64,000 bases of DNA, taken from the NCBI GenBank assembly GCA_964016885.1, contig OZ024757.1, positions 3,286,001-3,350,000 of the forward strand, in the 5' to 3' direction. Numbering within the stretch: the stretch's first letter is position 1; the number at the start of each line of letters is the position of its first letter. Under the pieces are notes generated by a model, which worked only from the letters and a program-made list of their open reading frames with translations, searched no databases and was not told the origin of the DNA. This document shows, in pieces, positions 13,901-26,759 of the stretch. This DNA comes from Eledone cirrhosa (lineage: Eukaryota). A program made the translations under genes and the position numbers.

Positions 13901-16790
13901 ATTCTAACCACATGTCTGTAGTATCAGACCTGTAATCTCTCAATTCAGAGATTCTTTCCAGAGACATTCTAACCACATGACATAGTATCAGAGCTGTGAT
14001 CTCTCAATTCAGAGATTCCTTCCAGAGACATTCTAACCCCATGTCTATAGTAGCAGAGCTGTAATATCTCAATTCAGAGATTCTTTCCAGAGACATTTTA
14101 ACCACATGACCATAGTATCAGAGCTGTGATCTCTCCATTCAGAGATTCTTTCCTGAGACATTCTAACCACATGTCTATAGTATCAGAGCTGTGATCTCTC
14201 AATTCAGAGATTCTTTCCTGAGACATTCTAACCAGATGTCTGTAGTATCAGAGCTGTGATCTCTCAATTCAGAGATTCTTTCCTGAGACATTCCACCACA
14301 TATCTGTAGTATCAGCGCAGTGATCTCTCAATTCAAAGATTCTTTTCTCAGACATTCTAACCACATTTCTATAGTATCAGAGCTGTGATCTCTCAATTCA
14401 GAGATTCTTTCCTGAGACATTCTAACCACATGTCTGTAGTATCAGAGCTGTGATCTCTCAATATAGAAATTCTTTCCTGAGACTTTCTAACCACATGTCT
14501 TCAGTATTAGAGCTGTGATCTCTCAATCCAGTGATTCTTTCCTGAGACATTCTACCACATATCTGTAGTATCAGCGCAGTGATCTCTCAATTCAGAGATT
14601 CTTTTCTCAGACATTCTAACTACATGTCTGTAGTATCAGAGCTGTAATCTCTCAATTCAGAGATTCTTTCCAGAGACATTCTAACCACATGACCATAGTA
14701 TCAGAGCTGTGATCTCTCAATTCAGAGATTCTTTCCTGAGACATTCTAACTACATGTCTGTAGTATCAGAGCTGTAATCTCTCAATTCAGAGATTCTTTC
14801 CGGAGACATTCTAACCACATGACTAGTTATCAGAGCTGTGATCTCTCAATTCAGAGATTCCTTCCAGAGACATTCTAACCACATGTCTATAGTATCAGAG
14901 CTGTGATCTATCCATTCAGAGATTCTTTCCTGAGACATTCTAACCACATGTCTATAGTATCAGAGCTGTGATGTCTCAATTCAGAGATTCTTTCCTGAGA
15001 CATTCTAACCACATGGCTGTAGTATCAGAGCTGTGATCTCTCAATTCAGAGATTCTTTTCTCAGACATTCTAACCCCATATCTATAGTATCAGAGCTGTG
15101 ATCTCTCAATTCAAAGATTCTTTCCAGAGATATTCTTACCACATTTCTGAAGTATCAGAGCTGTGATCTCTCAATTCAGAGATTATTTCCTTAGACATTC
15201 TAACCACATGTCTGTAGTATCAAAGCTGTGATCACTCAATTCAGAGATTCTTTCCTCAGACATTCTAACCACATGTCTATAGTATCAGAGCCTTGATCTC
15301 TCAATTCAGGGTTTCTTTTCAGAGACATTCTAACCACATGTCTGTCGTATCAGCACTGTGATATCCGAACTCAGAGATTCTTTCCTCAGACATTCTAACC
15401 AGATGCCTGTAGTATCAGAGCTGTGATCTCTCAATCCAGAGATTCTTTCCAGAGACATTCTAACCACATGACTGTGGTATCAGAGCTATTGTCTCTCATT
15501 TCAGAGATTCTTTCCCAAGATATTCTAACCACATATCTATAGTATTAGGGCTGTGATCTCTCAATTCAGAGATTCTTTCCTGAGACATTCTAACCAGATG
15601 TCTGTAGTATCAGAGCTGTGATCTCTCAATTCAGAGATTCTTTCCTGAGACATTCTACCCACATATCTGTAGTATCAGCGCAGTGATCTCTCAATTCAGA
15701 GATTCTTTTCTCAGACATTCTAACCACATTTCTATAGTATCAGAGCTGTGATCTCTAAATTCAGAGATTCTTTCGTGAGACATTCTAACCACATGACTGT
15801 AGTATCAGAGCTGTGATCTCTCAATTTAGAGATTCTTTCCTGAGACATTCTAACCACATGTCTTCAGTATTAGAGCTGTGATCTCTCAATCCAGAGATTC
15901 TTTTCTCAGACATTCTAACCACATGTCTGTAGTATCAGACCTGTAATCTCTCAATTCAGAGATTCTTTCCAGAGACATTCTAACCACATGACATAGTATC
16001 AGAGCTGTGATCTCTCAATTCAGAGATTCCTTCCAGAGACATTCTAACCCCATGTCTATAGTATCAGAGCTGTGATCTCTCCATTCAGAGATTCTTTCCT
16101 GAGACATTCTAACCACATGTATATAGTATCATAGCTGTGGTCTCTCAATTCAGAGATTCTTTTCTCAAACATTTTAACCACATGTCTGTAGTATCAGATC
16201 TGTGATCTCTCAATTCAGAGATTCTTTCCAGAGACATTCTAACTACATGTCTGTAGTATCAGAGCTGTAATATCTCAATTCTGAGATTCTTTCCAGAGAC
16301 ATTCTAACCACATGACCATAGTATCAGAGCTGTGATCTCTCAATTCAGAGATTCCTTCCAGAGACATTCTAACCACATGTCTATAGTATCAGAGCTGTGA
16401 TCTCTCCATTCAGAGATTCTTTCCTAAGACATTCTAACCACATGTCTATAGTATCAGAGCTGTGATCTCTCAATTCAGAGATTCTTTCCTGAGACATTCT
16501 AACCAGATATCTGTAGTATCAGAGCTGTGATCTCTCAATTCAGAGATTCTTTCCTGAGACATTCTACCCACATATCTGTAGTATCAGCGTAGTGATCTCT
16601 AAATTCAGAGATTCTTTTCTCAGACATTCTAACCATATTTCTATAGTATCAGAGCTGTGATCTCTCAATTCAGAGATTCTTTCCTCAGACATTCTAACCA
16701 CATGTCTGTAGTATCAGAGCTGTGATCTCTCAATTTAGAAATTCTTTCCTGAGACGTTCTAACCACATGTCTTCAGTATTAGAGCTGTGA
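4730..16790. repeat. Nested higher-order repeat, XYZ-XZ-XZ-XYZ (58-mer of about 3765 bp and 35/36-mer of 2272/2337 bp)
   Basis: X marker ccttgatc at 5296, 9061, 11333, 13605 (offsets 3765, 2272, 2272). Z marker tatatagtatcatagctgtggtc at 7811, 10148, 12420, 16120. Y marker gactagttatc only at 6512 and 14821 (offset 8309 = 3765 + 2x2272). Confidence 0.88.
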
Positions 16791-17531
16791 TCTCTCAATC
16801 CAGTGATTCGTTCCTGAGACATTCTAAACACATGTCTGTAGTATCAGAGCTGTGATCTTTCAATTCAGAGATTCTTTCCTCAGACATTCTAACTATATGT
16901 CTGTAGTATCAGAGCTGTAATCTCTCAATTCAGAGATTCTTTCCAGAGACATTCTAACCACATGACCATAGTATCAGAGCTGTGATCTCTCAATTCAGAG
17001 ATTCTTTCCTGAGACATTCTAACTACATGTCTGTAGTATCAGAGCTGTAATCTCTCAATTCTGAGATTCTTTCCGGAGACATTCTAACCACATGACTAGG
17101 TATCAGAGCTGTGATCTCTCAATTCAGAGATTCCTTCCAGAGACATACTAACCACATGTCTATAGTATCAGAGCTGTGATCTCTCCATTCAGAGATTCTT
17201 TCCTGAGACATTCTAACCACATGTCTATAGTATCAGAGCTGTGATCTCTCAATTCAGATATTCTTTCCTGAGACAGTCTAACCACATGGCTGTAATATCA
17301 GAGCTGTGATCTCTCAATTCAGAGATTCTTTTCTCAGACATTCTAACCCCATATCTATAGTATCAGAGCTGTGATCTCTCAATTCAAAGATTCTTTCCAG
17401 AGATATTCTTACCACATTTCTGAAGTATCAGAGCTGTGATCTCTCAATTCAGAGATTCTTTCCTGAGACATTCTAACCACATGTCTGTAGTATCAGAGCT
17501 GTGATCTCTCAATCTAGAGATTCTTTCCTGA

Positions 17532-17566
17532 GACATTCTAACCACATGTCACAGATTATTTCCTTA
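17532..17566. repeat. Truncated 35-bp monomer (30-bp internal deletion of monomer positions 20-49)
   Basis: Reads gacattctaaccacatgtc|acagattatttcctta. The intact sister monomer near 20618-20682 has tgtagtatcagagctctgatctctcaattc at the junction. Confidence 0.92.
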
Positions 17567-20500
17567 GACATTCTAACCACATGTCTGTAGTATCAAAGCT
17601 GTGATCACTCAATTCAGAGATTCTTTCCTCAGACATTCTAACCACATGTCTATAGTATCAGAGCCTTGATCTCTCAATTCAGGGTTTCTTTTCAGAGACA
17701 TTCTAACCACATGTCTGTCGTATCAGCACTGTGATATCCGAACTCAGAGATTCTTTCCTCAGACATTCTAACCAGATGCCTGTAGTATCAGAGCTGTGAT
17801 CTCTCAATCCAGAGATTCTTTCCAGAGACATTCTAACCACATGACTGTGGTATCAGAGCTATGGTCTCTCATTTCAGAGATTCTTTCCCAAGATATTCTA
17901 ACCACATATCTATAGTATCAGGGCTGTGATCTCTCAATTCAGAGATTCTATCCTGAGACATTCTAACCAGATGTCTGTAGTATCAGAGCTGTGATCTCTC
18001 AATTCAGAGATTCTTTCCTGAGACATTCTACCCACATATCTGTAGTATCAGCGCAGTGATCTCTCAATTCAGAGATTCTTTTCTCAGACATTCTAACCAC
18101 ATGTCTGTAGTATCAGACCTGTAATCTCTCAATTCAGAGATTCTTTCCAGAGACATTCTAACCACATGACATAGTATCAGAGCTGTGATCTCTCAATTCA
18201 GAGATTCCTTCCAGAGACATTCTAACTCCATGTCTATAGTATCAGAGCTGTGATCTCTCAATCCAGTGATTCTTTCCTGAGACATTCTAACCACATGTCT
18301 GTAGTATCAGAGCTGTGATCTTTCAATTCAGAGATTCTTTCCTCAGACATTCTAACTACGTGTCTGTAGTATCAGAGCTGTAATCTCTCAATTCAGAGAT
18401 TCTTTCCAGAGACATTCTAACCACATGACCATAGTATCAGAGCTGTGATCTCTCAATTCAGAGATTCCTTCCAGAGACATTCTAACCACATGTCTATAGT
18501 ATCAGAGCTGTGATCTCTCCATTCAGAGATTCTTTCCTGAGACATTCTAACCACATGTCTATAGTATCAGAGCTGTGATCTCTCAATTCAGAGATTCTTT
18601 CCTGAGACATTCTAACCACATGTCTATAGTATCAGAGCTGTGATCTCTCAATTCAGAGATTCTTTCCTGAGACATTCTAACCACATATCTGTAGTATCAA
18701 AGCTGTGATCACTCAATTCAGAGATTCTTTCCTCAGACATTCTAACCACATGTCTATAGTATCAGCGCCTTGATCTCTCAATTCAGGGTTTCTTTTCAGA
18801 GACATTCTAAATACATGTCTGTCGTATCAGCACTGTGATATCCGAACTCAGAGATTCTTTCCTCAGACATTCTAACCAGATGCCTGTAGTATCATAGCTG
18901 TGATCTCTCAATCCAGAGATTCTTTCCAGAGACATTCTAACCACATGACTAGGTATCAGAGCTGTGATCTCTCAATTCAGAGATTCCTTCCAGAGACATT
19001 CTAACCACATGTCTATAGTATCAGAGCTGTGATCTCTCCATTCAGAGATTCTTTCCTGAGACATTCTAACCACATGTCTATAGTATCAGAGCTGTGATCT
19101 CTCAATTCAGAGATACTTTCCTGAGACATTCTAATCACATGTCTATAGTATCAGAGCTGTGATCTCTCAATTCAGAGATTCTTTCCTGAGACATTCTAAC
19201 CACATGGCTGTAGTATCAGAGCTGTGATCTCTCAATTCAGAGATTCTTTCCTGAGACATTCTACCCACATATCTGTAGTATCAGCGCAGTGATCTCTCAA
19301 TCCAGAGATTCTTTTCTCAGACATTCTAACCACATGTCTGTAGTATCAGACCTGTAATCTCTCAATTCAGAGATTCTTTCCAGAGACATTCTAACCACAT
19401 GACATAGTATCAGAGCTGTGATCTCTCAGTTCAGAGATTCCTTCCAGAGACATTCTAACCCCATGTCTATAGTATCAGAGCTGTGATCTCTCCATTCAGA
19501 GATTCTTTCCGGAGACATTCTAACCACATTTCTATAGTATCATAGCTGTGATCTCTCAATTCAGAGATTCTTTTCTCAAACATTTTAACCACATGTCTGT
19601 AGTATCAGAGCTGTAATATCTCAAATCGGAGATTCTTTCTAGAGACATTCTAACCACATGACCATAGTATCAGAGCTGTGATCTCTCAATTCAGAGATTC
19701 CTTCCAGAGACATTCTAACCACATGTCTATAGTATCAGAGCTGTGATCTCTCCATTCAGAGATTCTTTTCTCAGACATTCTAACCACATTTCTATAGTAT
19801 TAGAGCTGTGATCTCTCAATTCAGAGATTCTTTCCTGAGACATTCTAACCACATGTCTGTAGTATCAGAGCTGTGATCTCTCAATTTAGAAATTCTTTCC
19901 TGAGGCATTCTAACCACATGTCTTCAGTATTAGAGCTGTGATCTCTCAATCCAGTGATTCTTTCCTGAGACATTCTAACCCCATGTCTGTAGTATCAGAG
20001 CTGTGATCTTTCAATTCAGAGATTCTTTCCTGAGACATTCTAACTACATGTCTGTAGTATCAGAGCTGTAATCTCTCAATTCAGAGATTCTTTCCAGAGA
20101 CATTCTAACCACATGACCATAGTATCAGAGCTGTGATCTCTCAATTCAGAGATTCTTTCCTGAGACATTCTAACTACATGTCTGTAGTATCAGAGCTGTA
20201 ATCTCTCAATTCTGAGATTCTTTCCGGAGACATTCTAACCACATGACTAGGTATCAGAGCTGTGATCTCTCAATTCAGAGATTCCTTCCAGAGACATTCT
20301 AACCACATGTCTATAGTATCAGAGCTGTGATCTCTCAATTCAGAGATACTTTCCTGAGACATTCTAATCACATGTCTATAGTATCAGAGCTGTGATCTCT
20401 CAATTCAGAGATTCTTTCCTGAGACATTCTAACCACATGGCTGTAGTATCAGAGCTGTGATCTCTCAATTCAGAGATTCTTTTCTCAGACATTCTAACCC

Positions 20501-23339
20501 CATATCTATAGTATCAGAGCTGTGATCTCTCAATTCAAAAATTCTTTCCAGAGATATTCTTACCACATTTCTGAAGTATCAGAGCTGTGATCTCTCAATT
20601 CAGAGATTCTTTCCTGAGACATTCTAACCACATGTCTGTAGTATCAGAGCTCTGATCTCTCAATTCACAGATTATTTCCTTAGACATTCTAACCACATGT
20701 CTGTAGTATCAAAGCTGTGATCACTCAATTCAGAGATTCTTTCCTCAGACATTCTAACCACATGTCTATAGTATCAGAGCCTTTATCTCTCAATTCAGGG
20801 TTTCTTTTCAGAGACATTCTAACCACATGTCTGTCGTATCAGCACTGTGATATCCGAACTCAGAGATTCTTTCCTCAGACATTCTAACCAGATGCCTGTA
20901 GTATCAGAGCTGTGATCTCTCAATCCAGAGATTCTATCCAGAGACATTCTAACCACATGACTGTGGTATCAGAACTATGGTCTCTCATTTCAGAGATTCT
21001 TTCCCAAGATATTGTAACCACATATCTATAGTATCAGGGCTGTGATCTCTCAATTCAGAGATTCTTTCCTGAGACATTCTAACCAGATGACTGTAGTATC
21101 AGAGCTGTGATCTCTCAATTCAGAGATTCTTTCCTGAGACATTCTACCCACATATCTGTAGTATCAGCGCAGTGATCTCTCAATTCAGAGATTCTTTTCT
21201 CAGATTTTCTAACCACATTTCTATAGTATCAGAGCTGTGATCTCTAAATTCAGAGATTCTTTCGTGAGACATTCTAACCACATGACTGTAGTATCAGAGC
21301 TGTGATCTCTCAATTTAGAGATTCTTTCCTGAGACATTCTAACCACATGTCTTCAGTATTAGAGCTGTGATCTCTCAATCCAGAGATTCTTTTCTCAGAC
21401 ATTCTAACCATATGTCTGTAGTATCAGACCTGTAATCTCTCAATTCAGAGATTCTTTCCAGAGACATTCTAACCACATGACATAGTATCAGAGCTGTGAT
21501 CTCTCAATTCAGAGATTCCTACCTGAGACATTCTAACTACATGTCTGTAGTATCATAGCTGTAATCTCTCAATTCTGAGATTCTTTCCAGAGACATTCTA
21601 ACCACATGACCATAGTATCATAGCTGTGATCTCTCAATTCAGAGATTCTTTTCTCAAACATTTTAACAACATGTCTGTAGTATCAGAGCTGTAATATCTC
21701 AATTCAGAGATTCTTTCCAGAGACATTCTAACCACATGACATAGTATCAGAGCTGTGATCTCTCAATTCAGAGATTCTTTCCTGAGACATTCTAACTACA
21801 TGTCTGTAGTATCAGAGCTGTAATCTCTCAATTCTGAGATTCTTTCCAGAGACATTCTAACCACATGACCATAGTATCAGAGCTGTGATCTCTCAATTCA
21901 GAGATTCCTTCCAGAGACATTCTAACCAGATATCTGTAGTATCAGAGCTGTGATCTCTCAATTCATAGATTCTTTCCTGAGACATTCTACCCACATATCT
22001 GTAGTATCAGCGCAGTGATCTCTAAATTCAGAGATTCTTTTCTCAGACATTCTAACCCCATTTCTATATTATCAGAGCTGTGATCTCTCAATTCAGAGAT
22101 TCTTTCCTGAGACATTCTAACCACATGTCTGTAGTATCAAAGCTGTGATCTCTCAATTTAGAAATTCTTTCCTGAGACGTTCTAACCACATGTCTTCAGT
22201 ATTAGAGCTGTGATCTCTCAATCCAGTGATTCTTTCATGAGACGTTCTAACCACATGTCTGTAGTATCAGAGCTGTGATCTTTCAATTCAGAGATTCTTT
22301 CCAGAGACATTCTAACTACATATCTGTAGTATCAGAGCTGTAATCTCTCAATTCTGAGATTCTTTCCGGAGACATTCTAACCACATGACCATAGTATCAG
22401 AGCTGTGATCTCTCAATTCAGAGATTCCTTCCAGAGACATTCTAACCACATGTCTATAGTATCAGAGCTGTGATCTCTCCATTCAGAGATTCTTTCCTGA
22501 GACATTCTAACCACATGTCTATAGTATCAGAGCTGTGATCTCTCAATTCAGAGATTCTTTCCTGAGACATTCTAACCACATGTCTATAGTATTAGAGCTG
22601 TGATCTCTCAATTCAGAGATTCTTTCCTGAGACTTTCTAACCACATATCTGTAGTATCAAAGCTGTGATCACTCAATTCAGAGATTCTTTCCTCAGACAT
22701 TCTAACCACATGTCTGTCGTATCAGCACTGTGATATCCGAACTCAGAGATTCTTTCCTCAGACATTCTAACCAGATGCCTGTAGTATCAGAGCTGTGATC
22801 TCTCAATCCAGAGATTCTTTCCAGAGACATTCTAACCACATGACTGTGGTATCAGAGCTATGGTCTCTCATTTCAGAGATTCTTTCCCAAGATATTCTAA
22901 CCACATATCTATAGTATCAGGGCTGTGATCTCTCAATTCAGAGATTCTTTCCTGAGACATTCTACCCACATATCTGTAGTATCAGCACAGTGATCTCTCA
23001 ATTCAGAGATTCTTTTCTCAGACATTCTAACCACATTTGTATAGTATCAGAGCTGTGATCTCTCAATTCAGAGATTCTTCGTGAGACATTCTAACCACAT
23101 GACTGTAGTATCAGAGCTGTGATCTCTCAATTTAGAGATTCTTTTCTCAAACATTTTAACCACATGTCTGTAGTATCAGAGCTGTAATATATCAATTCAG
23201 AGATTCTTTCCAGAGACATTCTAACCACATGACCATAGTATCAGAGCTGTGATCTCTCAATTCAGAGATTCTTTTCTCAGACATTCTAACCCCATATCTA
23301 TAGTATCAGAGCTGTGATCTCTCAATTCAAAGATTCTTT

Positions 23340-25290
23340 CCTGAGACATTCTAACCACATGTCTGTAGTATCAGAGCTGTGATCTCTCAATTTAGAGATT
23401 CTTTCCTGAGACATTCTAACGACATGTCTGTAGTATCAGAGCTCTGATCTCTCAATTCACAGATTATTTCCTTAGACATTCTAACCACATGTCTGTAGTA
23501 TCAAAGCTGTGATCTATCAATTCAGAGATTGTTTCCTGAGACATTCTAACCACATGTCTGTAGTATCAGAGATGTGATCTCTCAATCCAGAGATTCTTTC
23601 CTGTGACATTCTAACCACATGTCTATCGTGTCAGAGCTGTGATCTCTCAATTCAGACATTCTTTCCTGAGACATTCTAACCACCAATCTGTAGTATCAGC
23701 GTTGTGATCTCTCAATTCAGAGATTCTTTTCTCAAACATTCTAACCACATGTCTGTAGTATCAGAGCTGTAATCTCTCAATTCAGAGATTCTTTCCAGAG
23801 ACATTCTAAGCACATGACCATAGAATCAGAGCTGTGATCTCTCAATCCAGAGATTCTTTCCTGAAACATTCTAAACACATGTCTGTAGTATCAGAGCTGT
23901 GATCTCTCAATCCAGAGATTCTTTCCAGAGACATTCTAACCACATGACTGTGGTATCAGAGCTGTGATCTCTCATTTCAGAGATTCTTTCCTGAGATATT
24001 CTAACCACATAGCTATAGTATCAGGGCTGTGATCTCTCAATTCAGAGATTCTTTCCTGATACATTCTAACCACATGCCTGTAGTATCAGAGGTGTGATCT
24101 CTCAATTCAGAGATTCTTTCCTGAGACATTCTAACTACATGTCTGTAGTATCAAAGCTGTAATCTCTCAATTCTGAGATTCTTTCCGGAGACATTCTAAA
24201 CACATGTCTGTCGTATCAGCGCTGTGATATCCGAATTCAGAGATTCTTTCCTAGGACTTTCTAAGCAGATGCCTGTAATATCAGAGCTCTGATCTCTCAA
24301 TCCAGAAATTCTTTCCAGAGACATTCTAACCACATGTCTGTAGTATCAGAGCTGTGATCTCTCAATTTAGAGATTCTTTCCTGAGACATTCTAACGACAT
24401 GTCTGTAGTATCAGAGCTCTGATCTCTCAATTCACAGATTATTTCCTTAGACATTCTAACCACATGTCTGTAGTATCAAAGCTGTGATCTATCAATTCAG
24501 AGATTGTTTCCTGAGACATTCTAACCACATGTCTGTAGTATCAGAGATGTGATCTCTCAATCCAGAGATTCTTTCCTGTGACATTCTAACCACATGTCTA
24601 TCGTGTCAGAGCTGTGATCTCTCAATTCAGACATTCTTTCCTGAGACATTCTAACCACCAATCTGTAGTATCAGCGTTGTGATCTCTCAATTCAGAGATT
24701 CTTTTCTCAAACATTCTAACCACATGTCTGTAGTATCAGAGCTGTAATCTCTCAATTCAGAGATTCTTTCCAGAGACATTCTAAGCACATGACCATAGAA
24801 ACAGAGCTGTGATCTCTCAATCCAGAGATTCTTTCCTGAAACATTCTAAACACATGTCTGTAGTATCAGAGCTGTGATCTCTCAATCCAGAGATTCTTTC
24901 CAGAGACATTCTAACCACATGACTGTGGTATCAGAGCTGTGATCTCTCATATCAGAGATTCTTTCCTGAGATATTCTAACCACATAGCTATAGTATCAGG
25001 GCTGTGATCTCTCAATTCAGAGATTCTTTCCTGATACATTCTAACCACATGCCTGTAGTATCAGAGGTGTGATCTCTCAATTCAGAGATTCTTTCCTGAG
25101 ACATTCTAACTACATGTCTGTAGTATCAAAGCTGTAATCTCTCAATTCTGAGATTCTTTCCGGAGACATTCTAACCACATGTCTGTCGTATCAGCGCTGT
25201 GATATCCGAATTCAGAGATTCTTTCCTAGGACTTTCTAAGCAGATGCCTGTAATATCAGAGCTGTGATCTCTCAATCCAGAAATTCTTTC
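23340..25290. repeat. Tandem duplication of a 15-monomer (975 bp) block
   Basis: Private variants aac-gacatg at 23421/24396 and ctgatacatt at 24056/25031 are both offset by 975 = 15x65. Confidence 0.9.
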
Positions 25291-26759
25291 CAGAGACATT
25301 CTAACCACATGACTGTGGTATCAGAGCTGTGATCTCTCATTTCAGAGATTCTTTCCCAAGATATTCTAACCACATATCTATAGTATCAGGGCTGTGATCT
25401 CTCAATTCAGAGATTCTTTCCTGAGACATTCTAAACAGATGTCTGTAGTATTTGAGCTGTGATCTCTCAATTCAGAGATTCTTTCCTGAGACATTCTACC
25501 CACATATCTGTAGTATCAGCGCAGTGGTATCTCAATTCAGAGATTCTTTTCTCAGACATTCTAACCACATTTCTATAGTATTAGAGCTGTGATCTCACAA
25601 TTCAAAGATTCTTTCCTGAGACATTCTAACTACATGTCTGTAGTATCAGAGCTGTAATCTCTCAATTCAGAGATTCTTTCCAGAGACATTCTAACCACAT
25701 GACCATAGTATCAGAGCTGTGATCTCTCAATTCAGAGATTCTTTCCAGAGACATTCTAACCACATGTCTATAGTATCAGAGCTGTGATCTCTCCAGTCAG
25801 AGATTATTTCCTGAGACATTCTAACCACATGTCTGTAGTATGAAATCTGTGATCTCTCAATTCAGAGATTCTTTCCTGAGACATTCTAACCACATGTCTA
25901 TAGTATCAGAGCTGTGTTCTCTCAATTCAGAGATTCTTTCCTGAGACATTCTAACCACATATCTGTAGTATCAGAGGTGTGATCTCTCAATTCAGAGATT
26001 CTTTTCAGAGACATTCTAACCACATGTCTGTAGTATCAAAGCTGTGATATCCCAATTCAGAGATTCTTTCCTGAGACATTCCCGCCACCAATCTGTTTGT
26101 ATCAGCGTTGTGATATCTCAATTCAGAGATTCTTTTCTCAGACATTCTAACCACATGTCTATAGCATCAGAGCTGTGATCTCTCAATTCAGAGATTCTTT
26201 CTTGAGACATTCTAACCACATGTCTCTGGTATCAGAGCTGTGATCCCTCAATTCAGAGATTCTTTCCTGAGACATTCTAACTACATGTCTGTAGTATCAT
26301 AGCTGTAATCTGTCAATTCAGAGATTCTTTCCTGAGACATTCTAACCACATGTCTATAGTATCATAGCTGTGATCTCTCAATTCAGAGATTCTTTCCTCA
26401 GACATTCTAACCACATGTCTATAGTATCAGAGCCTTGATCTTTCAATTCAGAGTTTCTCTTCAGAGACATTCTAACCACATGTCTGTCGTATCAGCGCTG
26501 TGATATCCGAATTCAGAGATTCTTTCCTAGGACTTTCTAAGCAGATGCCTGTAATATCAGAGCTATGATCTCTCAATCCAGAAATTCTTTCCAGAGATAT
26601 TCTAACCACATGACTGTGGTATCAGAGCTGTGATCTTTCAATTCAGAGATTCTTTCGTGAGACATTCTAACTACATGTCTGTAGTATCAGAGCTGTAATC
26701 TCTCAATTCTGAGATTCTTTCCAGAGACATTCTAACAACATGACCATAGTATCAGAGCT

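Noticed and set aside
26081-26095. Kozak-like GCCACC or CENP-B-box-like CCCG in the landmark monomer
   Set aside because: GCCACC is followed by AAT rather than ATG and there is no ORF. The CENP-B box pattern (TTCG-N4-A-N2-CGGG) is not matched on either strand.
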